The notes beneath the pieces were generated by a model. The model had not been told where the DNA came from. It worked only from the letters and a program-made list of their open reading frames with translations, and searched no databases. From the NCBI GenBank assembly GCA_965649825.1, contig OZ287706.1, forward strand, positions 248,001 through 312,000: DNA of 64,000 nucleotides, given 5' to 3'. Position 1 is the stretch's first letter. The number at the start of each line of letters is the position of its first letter. The DNA is from Penicillus capitatus (Eukaryota > Plantae > Chlorophyta). Positions 36,804 through 49,979 of the stretch are shown piece by piece. The position numbers and the translations under genes are program-made.

Positions 36804-37697
36804 TTAACGCATTTTCCAACAACCATCTGATTCCTGTCGCGTCGTGCATTCCATTAGACACCCTTGCTTTGCCACATCGTCTTGAGCAATGGGCAACGGT
36901 TTGGCGCCAAAGATCATCTCACAACTCTTGTCTTCGAAATCTGTACCGTTACCAAAGGCGTCGCTGTCAGCAGGGATGCCAGAAACGGACTTGGATTCAT
37001 TGTCAGTGGCATCCCCAACTGCTCCGTGAAAAATGTCTGACAGGGCGCTTTGCAGAGATTGACGCACATACCCACGCAGCCACTCTCATATAGATACCTT
37101 AGGCATGGCTCAAGCAAAGTCCTCCTAGCCTTGGGAAGCTGTACCGGCATTGTTTAATGTGAACAAGGCTCTTTTGTGTGCCGCCATCGATTTCTGTCTC
37201 CCTGATTTCCATAGGCCCCACGAGCCAGTTGAAGAATAGCAACGTGAGCTGCGCATTCACTTCGGCGCCCCATTTCGAATAGGGAAAGAGATTCCTGAAC
37301 CATTGAGGCACCTGAGGGAAGCCAGAGATCACAGCCTGCTGCTGCGCTTCGGCACTTCTCCCCTGTTGACCTCACCGATCGCACGATCTTGGAAAAATAC
37401 CCAAACCTTCATCAGGGCGCGCGAAACTTCCACCATGCCTTTGTATGTCTCTTCTCCCTTCCACCAGTCCCGATCACTCTGCCAGTTGGCCAAAGACCCG
37501 TACGCCCGGCGACAGAGTCCAATAAAAAGCATATCACTCCAGGAGTCCTTATACTCCACCACTTCCACTCCACGTTCGCTTCCTTCAGCCTCTCGATCCT
37601 GATCCGAAGATGAAGCGCGCCGCCGGATCTGGCGACGTGGAGGTCGAGTGAGGAGGCGAGGACAGTGTAGTGGAGGGGATGGTCGGACGTGCTGCAT
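36804..37697 (-). CDS. D27: DWARF27-like beta-carotene isomerase (DUF4033), plastid-targeted
   Basis: YKDSWSDMLFI, FFNWLVGPME, VHIKQCR|YLYESGCVGMCVNLCKAPCQTFF..GMPLTMNP|NFEDKSCEMIFG. Confidence 0.93.
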
Positions 37698-37735
37698 GGA
37701 GAGGGAAGAGATGACAGAAATGCGTCATTTTGACG

Positions 37736-39844
37736 ATGGAAATCGATCGAGCGTCAAACGACGCCCTGCCGCCAGAGCGTTTCAGTCTCTACGTCTTCTT
37801 GACCATCCGAACAGCTCAACTGCAGCATGGATTGCGTCATGGCGACTACGAGCGTTACAGGTATGTCGATTCTCCTTCAGCACGATCGCCTGATGCACAC
37901 GTTGGCAGGAAATACTGTACCGCACGACTGACCCGTATTCGCAAGAAACTCGCCATTACCAATCGTCGAGCACTTAGAGGAGGCAAACCTGCGGCGAAGC
38001 CTCCTGAACTGCACACGATTGAGGATCCCAGGTCACACCATTCAGGCTCATGTCGTTGTTGAATGGCAGACCAGGGCTTTGCAAATTCCGCTGATGTTGA
38101 GTGAAAGAGCCTGGGCCTATGGTATGCAGAAGAAAGGGGAGTTAGCCGCTATGGGTCATTCCTTGAAGCGACGCGGGACAATGTTGCAAAAATTGACGCA
38201 AGCTGTCAAAGCATCAAATGCACTTCTGGCTCTCTGCGAGCGAAAATGTGATCAACGAAGCTGCTTAGAAGCTACCGGGTATTCTGAGATGCTCAAAGGA
38301 ATCAGGTGCATGGAGTCGCAAATGAAATGGAAGGAGGGATTGCGCCATCTCACGAGAGCCAAGAAGATACTCGAAGGACTGACGAAGATTTCGGAAATGG
38401 AAGTGCAGTCCGTTTTTCTCCAGGCCATCGAAGAACTGGAGCCCAATATTCGCTTCTGCAGATACGAAATGCAAAAACGCAACGAAGAGGAAGAAGCGCC
38501 GTCGTTTGACGACATCACCAGTCAATTGGATCAAATGAAGATCAGCACAGATCCCAAAAGGGATGCCGTTTCTGCCCTCTCCATCACTTGGTGCCAACAT
38601 CAATACCCCGTCAAGAATGAAAAACTGAGCGAATACCTTCAAACGGCACAAAAGCACGAAAAACAGCTGAACTCGACCATACAGGATCATGCCTCGTGGG
38701 TAGCAACGTACGAGAAAATCATTGCTGCTTACATGGAGATGGAGAACAATATTAAGAAAGCACTGGCCACAGGTGCGCATCCCCTTGGAGGATGCTTGAT
38801 CGACGCGGATGGTTTTCAGGTGGCGGCGTCAGCGTGTTTGCTGGAGAAGACTTGGAAGAATTGCAATTGGCTGTGGTCGGAACGCTCCTGCGACACTCTA
38901 TTGAGAAAGCAAAGCTTCAGATTCATCGAAACCAAGAGCTCTTTCAAGAAACCTTGATCAAGGCCATCAATTCCAAGAAGCAGCAGGTCTTGCCCACCAA
39001 GACTCCACCTCATGGCTTCAGCTTTGTCAAAGCAGGGCGTCAAATCTAGAGCAGAAACCCTCGTGCGTTTGTGCGATTCGATTATCGGCCTCATCTTGGA
39101 GCAATCGGAGCTCGGCACAAAACTCGGTGGCGAAAGAGGAGAGCAGTTGATGGAGGAATGTGCCATTCATGTGCGCTCGTGTTGCCGGTGTCTGTCCGAG
39201 TAAGGCTGCGTCTGTAGGCATCTCTTTTTCAAGCGTTTCGGTGCTTCTACATGGCACATATCTTTCGAAGCACCAATAGCTTTGCAGAGAGCTATGCCTT
39301 ATTCGATCGTTGTATCAAGCGAACGAGCATTGCCTTGGATCAGCTTACAGAGACAATGAGAGATGACAATGTCATGACGTCGCAGCTCAATGACCTCCAA
39401 CGGAGGGCACACACATTCAAGTAGACAGCTTCCCTATTCCGAGAGACCCCTTGCCGAGATGCATGGTGTAGATGCTCTGCCCAGTCAGAGATGGCGATTG
39501 GCGATTTGATTGAGCGCCGGGAGGCACAGAGGCAAATGGAGTCTATCGAAATAGACGGCGGAGAAGTGTCCTCGTCCAAAGGAAAGAAATCTAAGAAGCC
39601 ATCACAACCCGCGCAGCGTTATATGGCAGATCATTTAAATCAATGGGAGGCTTTTGTGGGTTCAGAAGGGAAAAGCATTCGACTCTTCAAAATCCCGCCT
39701 CCCCTCTCTAGCATTCCTGTTCGACCATTCATTCTCGATTCGACGCTCAATCACATTCAGAAACCCGATCTCAAACATCGTCTGCCTCCAGAAGAAGCAC
39801 AAGGCGTCTTTTCCAAACTGTTTGGTTTTTCTGGCTGGAAATAA
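37736..39844 (+). CDS. SRP68: Signal recognition particle subunit SRP68
   Basis: IRTAQLQHGLRHGDYERYR|KYCTARL.RIRK, LMLSERAWAYGMQKK, ELEPNIRFCRYE, C-terminal PPLSSIPVRPFILDS..LFGFSGWK*. Confidence 0.95.
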
Positions 39845-39850
39845 GATCGT

Positions 39851-41242
39851 TCAGATGTGTGGTATCTGAGGAGCTATAGTGCACGGATAGAGATCCACGG
39901 CTAAACGTGAGGGTTTTCTGAGAGAGATGTGCGCGATCTGTTGGCACTGGACAATTGTGAGCTTGCGTAATGTCTCGATCGTGTTGAGGTTGTCGAGTCC
40001 CTGATGGGTAATGGCACTCAAGAAAAACAGGGTGAGAAATTCCAGACATGGCAGATGCACCAGTACAGCCAGTCCTGCATTTGTGATATCCCGCGTTCCT
40101 GCTCCAATTCTCAAATCCACCAACGATGCGAGATTCTTCAGAAACTCCAGTCCAGTGTCGGTAATCTTGGGACACATGCGCACGTCTAAGCACTTTAGAA
40201 ATCTGAACTCGGATAGGTGCGAGATACTGCTGTTGGTCAGCGCAGAGCAGCCCATGAGATCTAACCGCGAGAGCGGTATGTTTTTGCAGTAGGAAAATCC
40301 GACGCCTCCAATGCCGTTGCACATTCGGACGTCCAGACTGGTCAGGGCAGGTACCTCTGAGAGATTCCAGATACCAATGTCCGATACACAACGGCAGCTT
40401 CGGACGCTGAGATGTTTCAATCGACCAAAATGGCGCATCAATCGAACGGTCTTATCGCCCAGTTTATCATTTCCGCCAAGAATAAGGGATTGCAGATTCG
40501 ACAGCGTCGTCAGTGGTTGGATAAAACGATGCGAGAGTCCGTTCTCCGATAGATCCAGATATGTCAAATGGATCATCGATGCGAGTGTTCGGATCCCTTC
40601 GATCAAAGTAAATTCGCTTCCTGCGATTTCGAGATGCGTCAGCTGCTTTAATCGGAGCAGTGCCTGAATGCCGCTTTTGCTAAAGGGTCCCCTGCGCGAT
40701 GCATGAGAGACAAAACGAATGGCTAATGCTTCTATCTGAGGCGTCACTTTCGGCAGTTCATGTAACCACGAGTCGGAAACGATGCTATGGTCTCTTAACG
40801 TCAGTTTCTTGAGATTCGAGAAACGGCGCAGAGAATCGAGATCCCAAAAGGTAAAGATCGTCAGCTTCGGTGTCAGGTCCACAATGGATCTGGTCAGTTC
40901 CCTGTACCAGTGACGATTGACCAATCGGCAGTTCTTGACTGTTTTCTTTCCATTCGTCAGATCTTGTTCGAGAAACCGTCGCAGACATGCCAAAACGTCT
41001 GGATGACATTCAGACCAGACAGAAGGACTATCAGGATAACGCATCTGAACACGGACTGCATTCGTACAGAGTGACGGAATGTCATGCTCGACCTGATTTG
41101 TTGGAAGTCTGAATCGAGAGGTCGACGGAAGGCGCCTCTTGCGGTCGGTGTGTCGAGGAGCGCGAATCCCTGTGGTGAAGACTCTTATCGAGTCTGCCCG
41201 CTTCTGCAGTCGAGAGACGATTGAAAAGAAAGGGGATGGCAT
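39851..41242 (-). CDS. F-box/LRR-repeat protein (FBXL-like), intronless; true start may be ATG 41044
   Basis: WSECHPDVLACL..CRLVNRHW (F-box-like) followed by cysteine-containing LRRs (LTYLDLSEN, LKHLSVRSCRCVSD, LDVRMCPKITDTGL). Confidence 0.88.
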   Translation of the reverse strand: MPSPFFSIVSRLQKRADSIRVFTTGIRAPRHTDRKRRLPSTSRFRLPTNQVEHDIPSLCTNAVRVQMRYPDSPSVWSECHPDVLACLRRFLEQDLTNGKKTVKNCRLVNRHWYRELTRSIVDLTPKLTIFTFWDLDSLRRFSNLKKLTLRDHSIVSDSWLHELPKVTPQIEALAIRFVSHASRRGPFSKSGIQALLRLKQLTHLEIAGSEFTLIEGIRTLASMIHLTYLDLSENGLSHRFIQPLTTLSNLQSLILGGNDKLGDKTVRLMRHFGRLKHLSVRSCRCVSDIGIWNLSEVPALTSLDVRMCNGIGGVGFSYCKNIPLSRLDLMGCSALTNSSISHLSEFRFLKCLDVRMCPKITDTGLEFLKNLASLVDLRIGAGTRDITNAGLAVLVHLPCLEFLTLFFLSAITHQGLDNLNTIETLRKLTIVQCQQIAHISLRKPSRLAVDLYPCTIAPQIPHI

Positions 41243-43631
41243 CAAAGCATACGTTGTCGGAAGGCGTGTGCTCGACGAGCGGCTTCGCCGTGCTGCGCGA
41301 TCGCCATTTGATGAGAACGAAATACAGAAACGACGACGCGGTGAAGCAGTAGAGGCAGAGATGCCAAAGGTCCATCACGACTGCGACTCTGTTTTCGTTT
41401 CTCCGAGAATGAGCAAATGTTGGCAATTCCGAATGGAATTCGCTCACCTCGGTGTCGCGAGTGTGAACAGATGAGCGATATTGGAGAGTCCGTATGCGTC
41501 ATTAGCGCCGGGGAGAGGCAAAGCGCAGCGATGGCGAACGCATGCCCTATCACGCATTTGAAATGTCAGACATCGTCGAGCGCTGTCTGTCCGCCGCACG
41601 AAGATGCAGAGCTGGGGGGGCGAAGAGCATTAGCTAAAACGTCCTTCGTTGGTTTTGGCTGGAGCGGGAGTGCCGAGGTTCACTCTATGGTCTCTCTGGT
41701 TCTGTTCGAGCACCTACGTGTAGAAGAAGAGATGTGTACTTCACTCAGAGCCTACATACCCTCTGTATACATTCAACCATATGCATCTGGATTGGCCGAC
41801 TTGATAGCGTTCGTTGCCTGTGCTGTCGACTGGATGCGTTGATGACATCGTACCCTGTGTCATCGGCTATCCATCACCGCAGATGATGACGAGCATGTGT
41901 TCGTTCGTTCGTGATTGGATTGTGATGCATGCCTATGTGCACTGCTTTGAAGATACGTGTGGGTTTGGCGACAGACGATACAGGTGCCTTCCATGTCATT
42001 GTCTGCATCGTTTCCGATCTGATCGACGGAATCAGATTTGAGAATGTCTCTAGATAAATGTCATGTCTCAACGACAAGTCGACTGTTAACGGTCATCGCC
42101 ACAGCGTCGATGCATTGGATGGCACATACAACTGCAGAGGTACGCACAAGGGGGACGGTTCGCATAGCACACAGTTGCTATGGCCTTTTTGCTGAACGAC
42201 TGTCCGAAATGACATTGTTCACGGCAATAGACCAGTACCAGATCACGCCTGTGTAGATATCATCCATCCTCAGTGACGTGATGACTGCCTCCTGATGAGG
42301 ACGGCGCCCATTCGCCGTCCTTCATCGTGCAACACATCAAATTTCGCGCGACTCCGATTCCTCGCGATGGCTTATCTTCTGTCTGCAAAATCGATGACGT
42401 CACCATTATCTCACATTACTCTTCCTCTCATCCGCCTCCATGATGTGACAGCGACATGTCATTTGTCACTGATACAGATAAGGTGAGGGGTGCCTTTTGG
42501 CTTCTGAGTCAAAGATGCGGTCTGCTCATGTGCATTTGTGGAGTTTTCTTACGATATGGTGTGCATATCATTCACCTGCATGTATTCCGCAAACCATCAG
42601 ACGCATGTAATACCCATCGACATCGCAACAACATCGCCTAGACAATCGCATCCTGAATACGTCAGCTGCTAAGGCGTTCTTCCGCGTTATCGTTTTTCTC
42701 ACGCCGATCGCTCAGCGCAGCAACATCCCTTCGACTTCGCCAGAGACACAGTGGCCGACGGCGTTTACCATAGCCCTTTCAGCACTTCCGAATTCACCGA
42801 TCCTTCGCGCGAAGCCGCCTCGTCGCCAACGCACTAGTGCCTTGCTGCACGTTATCCTTCCTTGACCCCGGCGAGGATGTGGCGAATCCGCGTGGCATGC
42901 AGACGAGGCGACCTTTTTCATCGCGTCATGTGCACGGTAGGCTGCCTCCTTGCCACCCTGTCACTTCTCCGGAGATAATCTTCGCGGCGGAACTGCGCCT
43001 CGTACCACGACAACGGTACAGCGAACGTCGTTTAAACGCGCCGAGGCAGAATCTGTCGTCTACTGCGTACTGCCTAGGGATTGTACGGACATTCCTTATC
43101 CGGTTCTTTTCCCGTAGATACTACCACGGACGGTGACTGTTTCCAATACCCTCACCAAAACCCGCGTGGACTGTGGCGCATGATGCTAAAAAACCAAATC
43201 CAATGCCTCGAGCACATTTAACAGCACAGTCAACGGGAGTTCCAACCCAGCAAGGCCATCATCATGTTCGGCCAGAAGCCGCACACGAACACACGAGACA
43301 TCTCATGAGACATCGCCTGAGTCAATGCGCTTCTATCTAGGTGGTGCATGTGTCTTGGTGTTGATACCATAGAGCCTAGCAAGGCAGCATGACGCGCCGC
43401 ACTTTCTTTTAGTGCAGCCACGATTCATAGGAAAACAGGCGTGAAATACACCATGAGCCGATAAGCTGCGAAACCACAGATGCCAGCTGTCCAGCCCGCG
43501 TCGCCAGATGAGTCAACTCAATGGAAGTTTGACGAAGGAATAACGAAGTCGGCGCGTTGTTTTTGTGCTACGTGTCCACAAAACGCTTAAGTCAGCTTCG
43601 TCGCAACGCGGGCTGCCCGTCGCGGTCTTCC

Positions 43632-43637
43632 TATAAA
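43632..43637 (+). promoter_or_regulatory. TATA box of Ala-rich paralog A
   Basis: TATAAA ~135 nt upstream of ATG 43772; paralog B has TATAAA at a similar distance (48267-48272, minus strand). Confidence 0.5.
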
Positions 43638-43771
43638 TTCAGTCCGTCTTCAGCGTTTTCACAAACGCGTTTCTCAACCAGTGTTCTATCTACTTGCTCT
43701 TGGAAAATCCTTCTATCGTTCAAAGGACGTTGTTCCTCCGTCGCTACGATTGCAAAAGAAGCCTGTTCGCC

Positions 43772-44785
43772 ATGCAATTGAAAGCCGTTTCTATTCTCTG
43801 CGTCTTGTTGGCCGCTCAGGTCTTTGCGGTAAGGTCCATGTCTGATACAGAACGCAAACCGAACTGCGTCCATGACAGGTCCGGGATGTCAGTGGCATCT
43901 CCCAAAGGGCATTGAAGCAAGGCGGCAGCGTCGGTCTTACCCTCGGTTCAAGCGCAAGCAGTGATTCTCCGGATGGAGAGGCATCTGCTAGCGCCTCAGG
44001 AAGTGGCACAGTCGTGGGAGAAGGCAGTCTCAATGTCTTTGTCAACGCATTGGCAACCTCTGAAACGTCAGTGCGAAACGCTTTCGTTGTGGCCGTTGCC
44101 GTGGCCATTGCCAACGTGGAAGGTGGCGGAAATGCCATAGCCATTGCCGATGTCGAAGCAGCAGCCTACGGAGAGGCTGTTGCACAAACCCTTGCCGATA
44201 CTGTCATCGCCATCCAATCAGACGCACCCGGCGGTAATGCTTGCGCCTCTGCCTTTGCGGACGCAAGCGCGACCGCAGAAGCCTTCGCCCAAGTTCTCGT
44301 CGAAGTACGTCGTCGCGATATCTCTTACACGCATCGGACCAACCATTCTTTGCACCTTAGGTCCTTGCCCAGGCATCGAACGATATCAGCTTCGCCAGTG
44401 CTTCATTCGCTATTGACGTTATTGCTACAGCTACCGCCTCTGCCTTCTCTGAGGCTCAGTCGGAAGCCTGCGGAACTGGCGTCTTCTCAGCGAGTACTTT
44501 CATCTCCGTTCTGTCCACAGCAATTGCCAGACCTTACGCCGAAGTCATTGCTCTGGCCTTCGCCCTCGTCGCCCCTGGCGTTGCCGTGGCTCAAATTAAT
44601 GTCATAGCGTCAGCCGATGTTCCTACAGTGGTCACCGTGGATGGACGCACGGCTTCCGATGTTTTCGGCGAAGGTAATCCTATTCACCAAATGCGTCATG
44701 CATCCTAAATCCTCTCTGTCTTTGTACAGCTGACGCTAGTTCAGGTGGAGACGGAGGCGCCACTGCGGGTCCCGGTGGACGTTAG
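43772..44785 (+). CDS. Secreted Ala/Ser-rich protein, paralog A
   Basis: Signal peptide MQLKAVSILCVLLAAQVFA| intron |VRDVSGISQRALKQ...NACASA...QVLVE| intron |VLAQASNDISFASA..SEAC...; TAG 44783-44785. Confidence 0.85.
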
Positions 44786-47140
44786 AGCGGCTCATCCAGA
44801 GTTGCCGCTCGGCCAGCTTTCCCTCGCAAAGACCTCTTTCGAGACTTTCAGTGCATTACGACATGTGTCTTTTGTTTTTCGTCGCATACCAAAGGCTATG
44901 CCGACGGTACTAGGGCTGTTTGGATTGTGACCGGCAGCTAACCATACTATAAGCTGACAACAGTCGATGGTTATCCGTTCTATCTCCTTTGTTCTTATCC
45001 TAGAGTGGGGATTCGTTAATGTTCTCTTGACATCAAATCGAACGAACAGTTTTAATATGACATGTTTTGACTACGAGGTCGACGCACTCTTCGCGTCCCA
45101 AATCCGTCGAAATCGCAACATACGCATAATCATTGCTGTATGGATGACCAGCAGAAAGTGATCGACTCCATTGCCACGCATCGCCATTCGGCATAGGTGA
45201 TAGCCAAATGCTCGACACACCTCACAGACACACGATGTGTGTGTACTCTCTTTCTTTCCGACAGCGACGGTCTTGTAGTGTTCGAAAAATGCTCAGCGTG
45301 GCACTTTCCAAGAGAGCAAGGGAGAGTGTTCCCTGTTGGGTCGCTCGCCGCCAGCTGTGCTGTGGATTTTCGTGCGATGCGTGAAACGTGGGGAGCTGGT
45401 GGTGCATTCGAGAGCAGGAAACTCGAATAGAGGCTGGCGTGGACACAGCACCGTCTTGCTTTTGGTCTTCGTCATATGCGTGCCTACCTTCATGAAAGCG
45501 AAGTCGTCGACGCATCTGATGGAATCGATCGATTCTGTGTCATCTTTGAACCAATTGCCAAGTTCTCTCTGCCAGTACGCTGCATCTTATCACATGAATA
45601 GGCATAGGGGCTCGTGGGAAGCTCTCTTGGGTAAATTATTGAAAAGACGTGTGTGTTCATGTGCTATAGATGGCATGCAAACAAGGCGATACCTTTCGTC
45701 ACAGATATCACCCGCTTAATGGACAGCTGCTGTGAGCTCCGTGAAATCGTTGTGTGGCTGGCCGCCGTGGCAATCACCAAAAAGGCTAGGTCGGAATCCG
45801 GGTGACCGATTGTTTTCGACAATGTGAGACTCGAGAAACGTCAGTTCATCGGCGATAAATGGATGTTATGTTTCACAAGCAGCAAGTAATAAACCAATTC
45901 ATTCGCCTGACACCATCCGGATCTCCATTAAAATATGGAGATCATCTCATCCCTTGTTTTGCCTCGATATAGAAAGACAATGAGGGTAATCAGACAGGCT
46001 TTGTGCACGAGACAAGATTGATAGGGGGCGCACGTTGAGCTGATTCATTAATTTCTGTTCTTTCTAAAAGGCTGTGTGTACTACGAAGGCGGTTTCTTTT
46101 GTGTCCTTATTGTTCCCCTTGAATGAAAGGATAAGATCAGAAGCATACAAATGGCGCAATGTGTGACAGACATCTCGTTCGGTATCGAATGACAGCCACC
46201 GATCCCCATCTAAGGTACAGTCAGACAAAGAGCTAATGACCAAACCACCTTCGATGACATTCCCTTAAGATGTGATGAACGACGAAGCACCATAGCTCGC
46301 AAACAGATTCGGACACGCACGTGCGTGAGGAAGGAAGAGGCGGTGTTAGGAGCAATAGACGTTTCATTCCCCGTCGTCTCAATAGGGTGGGGGTATCCAA
46401 TTAGCCACATGACGCTCTTCAGCTGCAGACGTGGATGATGCCCTATGTGGTAACGAAACGGGTGGAGACGCGCAGACCCGTAAACATGTGGCCGATTCGG
46501 CGAGAAGATGCTTCCGGGAGACAATGGCGTAATTTTTTCTCCGGAGCTGCTAGGAAGCGATGCACCCCCATGTGTCTATCGCTCTCCGCGCATTCGCTGC
46601 AATGCAGCGAAACAACAAAGCGTTTGAATCCACGTGTCATTTCACCTCGGACGGACGGCAGACGGCTCCGCCAACTTCGTCGCCAAGAAGACCACGAGAT
46701 GCAGCGCAACGAACAGACGATAGGAGAATGCACAGCCGTTTACATCGAGCGTCTTTTCGCACGAGCAACAAACAACATTGGACAAGCCTTTCCTGGTGTT
46801 GCTTGAAATCTGCTTACAAGGGAGAGACTCACGACGACGTTGGCGCAAACAAACGTGCCGTTTAATGACGCAACGCGGACGAGATGACTGCATACATGCG
46901 TCATCAGCCAGTTGTAGGTATACCCATGCATGGATGGACATCGTTGTCAGCAGAACGCCAAAACTGACGAGCGCGATCGTGGATTCGTTCCATCGGTAAG
47001 AGTCTGCTGGCGCGATGACGAGAGAATGGCACAAAGATGCTTGACACATTATCCCATGTGATTCATGACTTCCATTCATCGAGATTAATGTTCCACCTGA
47101 CCCAACATAAAGGAGCAATAAAATTATGCGTTTCTTGATC

Positions 47141-48128
47141 TTAACCGTCAAAAAAGGCAATCGCCGGCAGTGCAACGACAATGACGGCTGCACACAGAAA
47201 ATCCAATCAGCAAATGAACAATACTGGAGAATGCTTACGATTGAGGACGGCGATGAAGTCTTCCCCGTTGATGGTGAGCACGGACAACCCACTGTCGGCG
47301 ACTGTTACGACAATTGGATCGTCGACCGTCGATGGATTAGACACAGCCAAGGCCAGAAGAGTAACATCTCTGTATGCAGTTTGGATCTGGGCAGCGATGT
47401 TCGAGAAGGGGCTCGGCGTGTTCGCGCAGAATTCTATTTGCGCGGACTGAAAAGAGCCAACCGTCACGCTCACGATGGCATCGACCGCATCCGATACGCT
47501 GGCAAATGTGATACGATCTGAGGCTTGAGTCAGAACCTAAACAACAGCTCGATGCATCTGATTGTCTGTGTCTAAGGGGAGGCAGACATACTTCGACAAG
47601 GGCTTGAGCAGCAGCTCTGGCGGCCGCGTCAGGAGAAATGGTTGCTTGGGCGCATGCACTGGCACTCTCTCCAGTAGCTGTAACTTGAACAGACGTCGCC
47701 GCATCGAAAGCGTCAGCAACGCCTTGGGCGTAGGGAGGCACAATGGCGTCCACAATGGCAAAGATATCGTCAAGCTCGTCGATTTGGGGGACATCCGTCG
47801 AGATGGCGTCGGCGACAGCCATCGCAAATTGATCGCGCGCTGCCGTGATGTCGATGTCCATCGCCCGGGCATCGACGACGACACTGCCTGGACCAGCCAA
47901 AGTGGCACTTCCACTCGCCGTGGAGACGCTTCCTGGCGTGTCACTCGACGCAGACGCGGTCACCGATACGGTGGACACATCCTGCAGTAGTGACTTCGCC
48001 GTAGAACCCGTCAATGGACGGACCTACACAACTCCCTTTTGACGTAGGGTTTTGGGCTTTTCTGAGCATACGGCGAAAACTTGGGTGCACGACAAAAGGA
48101 ACAGAACGGTGAGCGTTTTCGTACACAT
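47141..48128 (-). CDS. Secreted Ala/Ser-rich protein, paralog B
   Basis: MCTKTLTVLFLLSCTQVFA|VRPLTGSTAKSLLQ...SACAQA...ALVE|VLTQASDRITFAS..IEFC...|VIVVALPAIAFFDG*. Confidence 0.85.
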
Positions 48129-49979
48129 GGTCGTTTGCTTCTTTACAAAAGTGACCGTGTTGAGAACGATGCAAGACGAAGAAGAAGGCACCGAGAGTTT
48201 CGGAAACGCCGTCGATTATTCACCGATTGCTAACTTTTGGCGAACGGCAAAAGGGCAATGTGCGTTTTTATAGGTGCCGGCGAACCGCGTGACGTGGACA
48301 TTGGATCTGCCACGAAGAACGACTGTAGTCAGCTGTCTAGAAACTGCTACAGCTGGCACGGGCACCCTTCCGACTAGATTCCGTCTCAAAAAAACTTCGC
48401 CAGCTGTTGTGAATCTACCCTCGTTGCCTGCATGAATGGCATGTGCTCAAAGAACGAAGGCAAAACACGCTGTTGACGAATACCCCGAAGAAGATTTCTC
48501 GTCAGATGGTGGCAAGGGGTGGATGTCAGGTAACGTATTTGGTGAGAACTAACAAAAAATGGGTCTTTACACAGAAACCGTCATAATAAACTATGTATGC
48601 TGAAAGATGGTGCTATACTGTCCAAATGCTTTTTGAAGTCAACGTGGAAGGCGAACACTTAATATTACGCCAGCGGTGCGAGAGTATTGTGGGCACGCGC
48701 TCTGATCGACAATTGCCGCTCCCCTCATGCTGTCTTCGTGCTCACATGTTCGTTGGCATAGATGTTTGCGCCATTCGAACAAAGCTAATCGATGAACGGC
48801 TCCGAATGCGTGATTTTCCATCGGGAGCTGTCACCTGTCGTGAAGAGAGTTTAGATACTAGTCCTGCAGATGGATCTTATCTTGAGAGATCGCGCTACAG
48901 CGCAGCCTTCGTAAGCTTAAAACGTCTCGATCATCGAACGCCCTCGCAGAGAATGGACGGCTCAGTTGAATCCATTGGGCAACTCCCACTCAAATCTCGA
49001 TGACGGCACAGGACTGCCGTCTCTGCAGAGATACATTGATAGAAATGTAAGGTGACATCCAAACAGGAGGTATGCCATTGATGATCTATCCATCTCTTCG
49101 TCGATGGCTTCTTCAGACCACCAAAGTGCTTTTTCTTATGAGAATCGCTAGACGTCACATCCGTTTGTAGCTAAATCCGTACGGCAGGCAATTTGGTGCT
49201 GCTAACCTTCTGCTTTGGAGGATTCAACAAAGTGCACTGCCCGTCGAGAATCTTCGCGACACGGCGATTCCTGACGGCGATTATATTAACGGGCATTCCT
49301 TTGATGCTTAATGGACTGCCGAAGACCGAAACCCAGAGGAGCGGAGACTTGAGCACATGGAACGTCGGTTCCGTAAGAGGAGCTGCAGCGTGACTTTTCT
49401 ACCTTGAAGCGTTCCGCCCAAGCATGATCTCCTAGTCCTTATCGCAAAGACAAACGCACGCGTCTCGTGCTGCAACAACGTGACGTCGCCGTCGGAGTTT
49501 GCTAAGAGAATGAAAAACCGTCTGATGTTATAGACCGCCGGCAGGTACCACTGCCTCTGAAAAGAACGCCCCAGTCCAATTGCTTCGTCGAGATGGCTGC
49601 CCATTCTCTATCACCACAAAGAGATTTCAGGAGCACTAAAAGTTGAAGGCTGTATGAGGTGCGACATGATCGCTGATCTCGTCGATTCCATTTTCCGTTC
49701 TGTGCCATAACTCGATAAACAAATCATCCAAGATTACTCTTTGTAGGTGGCATGGGACGGAGAAGCTATGACGAACGCTCGATAGCGAGAGACAGGGCAT
49801 GGCAGTACGTCGACGGATGCACAGAGACGCAGACGCGTTTTGGCAGATAGTTACTAATATTTGTTCGGTTTTTGCGCCCTTGTGGCGAATGATCGAAACA
49901 AGGACATTGGGTTTCCTAGATGCAAATCTCTGTTCTGAGTAAAAAAGATGAGGGTGCGGTTGATTGTCTGATCTCTTCC

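Noticed and set aside
42293-42326. Hammerhead ribozyme (CTGATGA followed by a stem)
   Set aside because: The GAAA and cleavage-site strand are absent; TGATGA simply pairs into the hairpin.
41480-42700. Minus-strand frame with many TGA codons (selenoprotein or readthrough idea)
   Set aside because: It also contains TAA/TAG stops, the total stop count is about what chance gives, the translation is not protein-like, and no SECIS was recognised.
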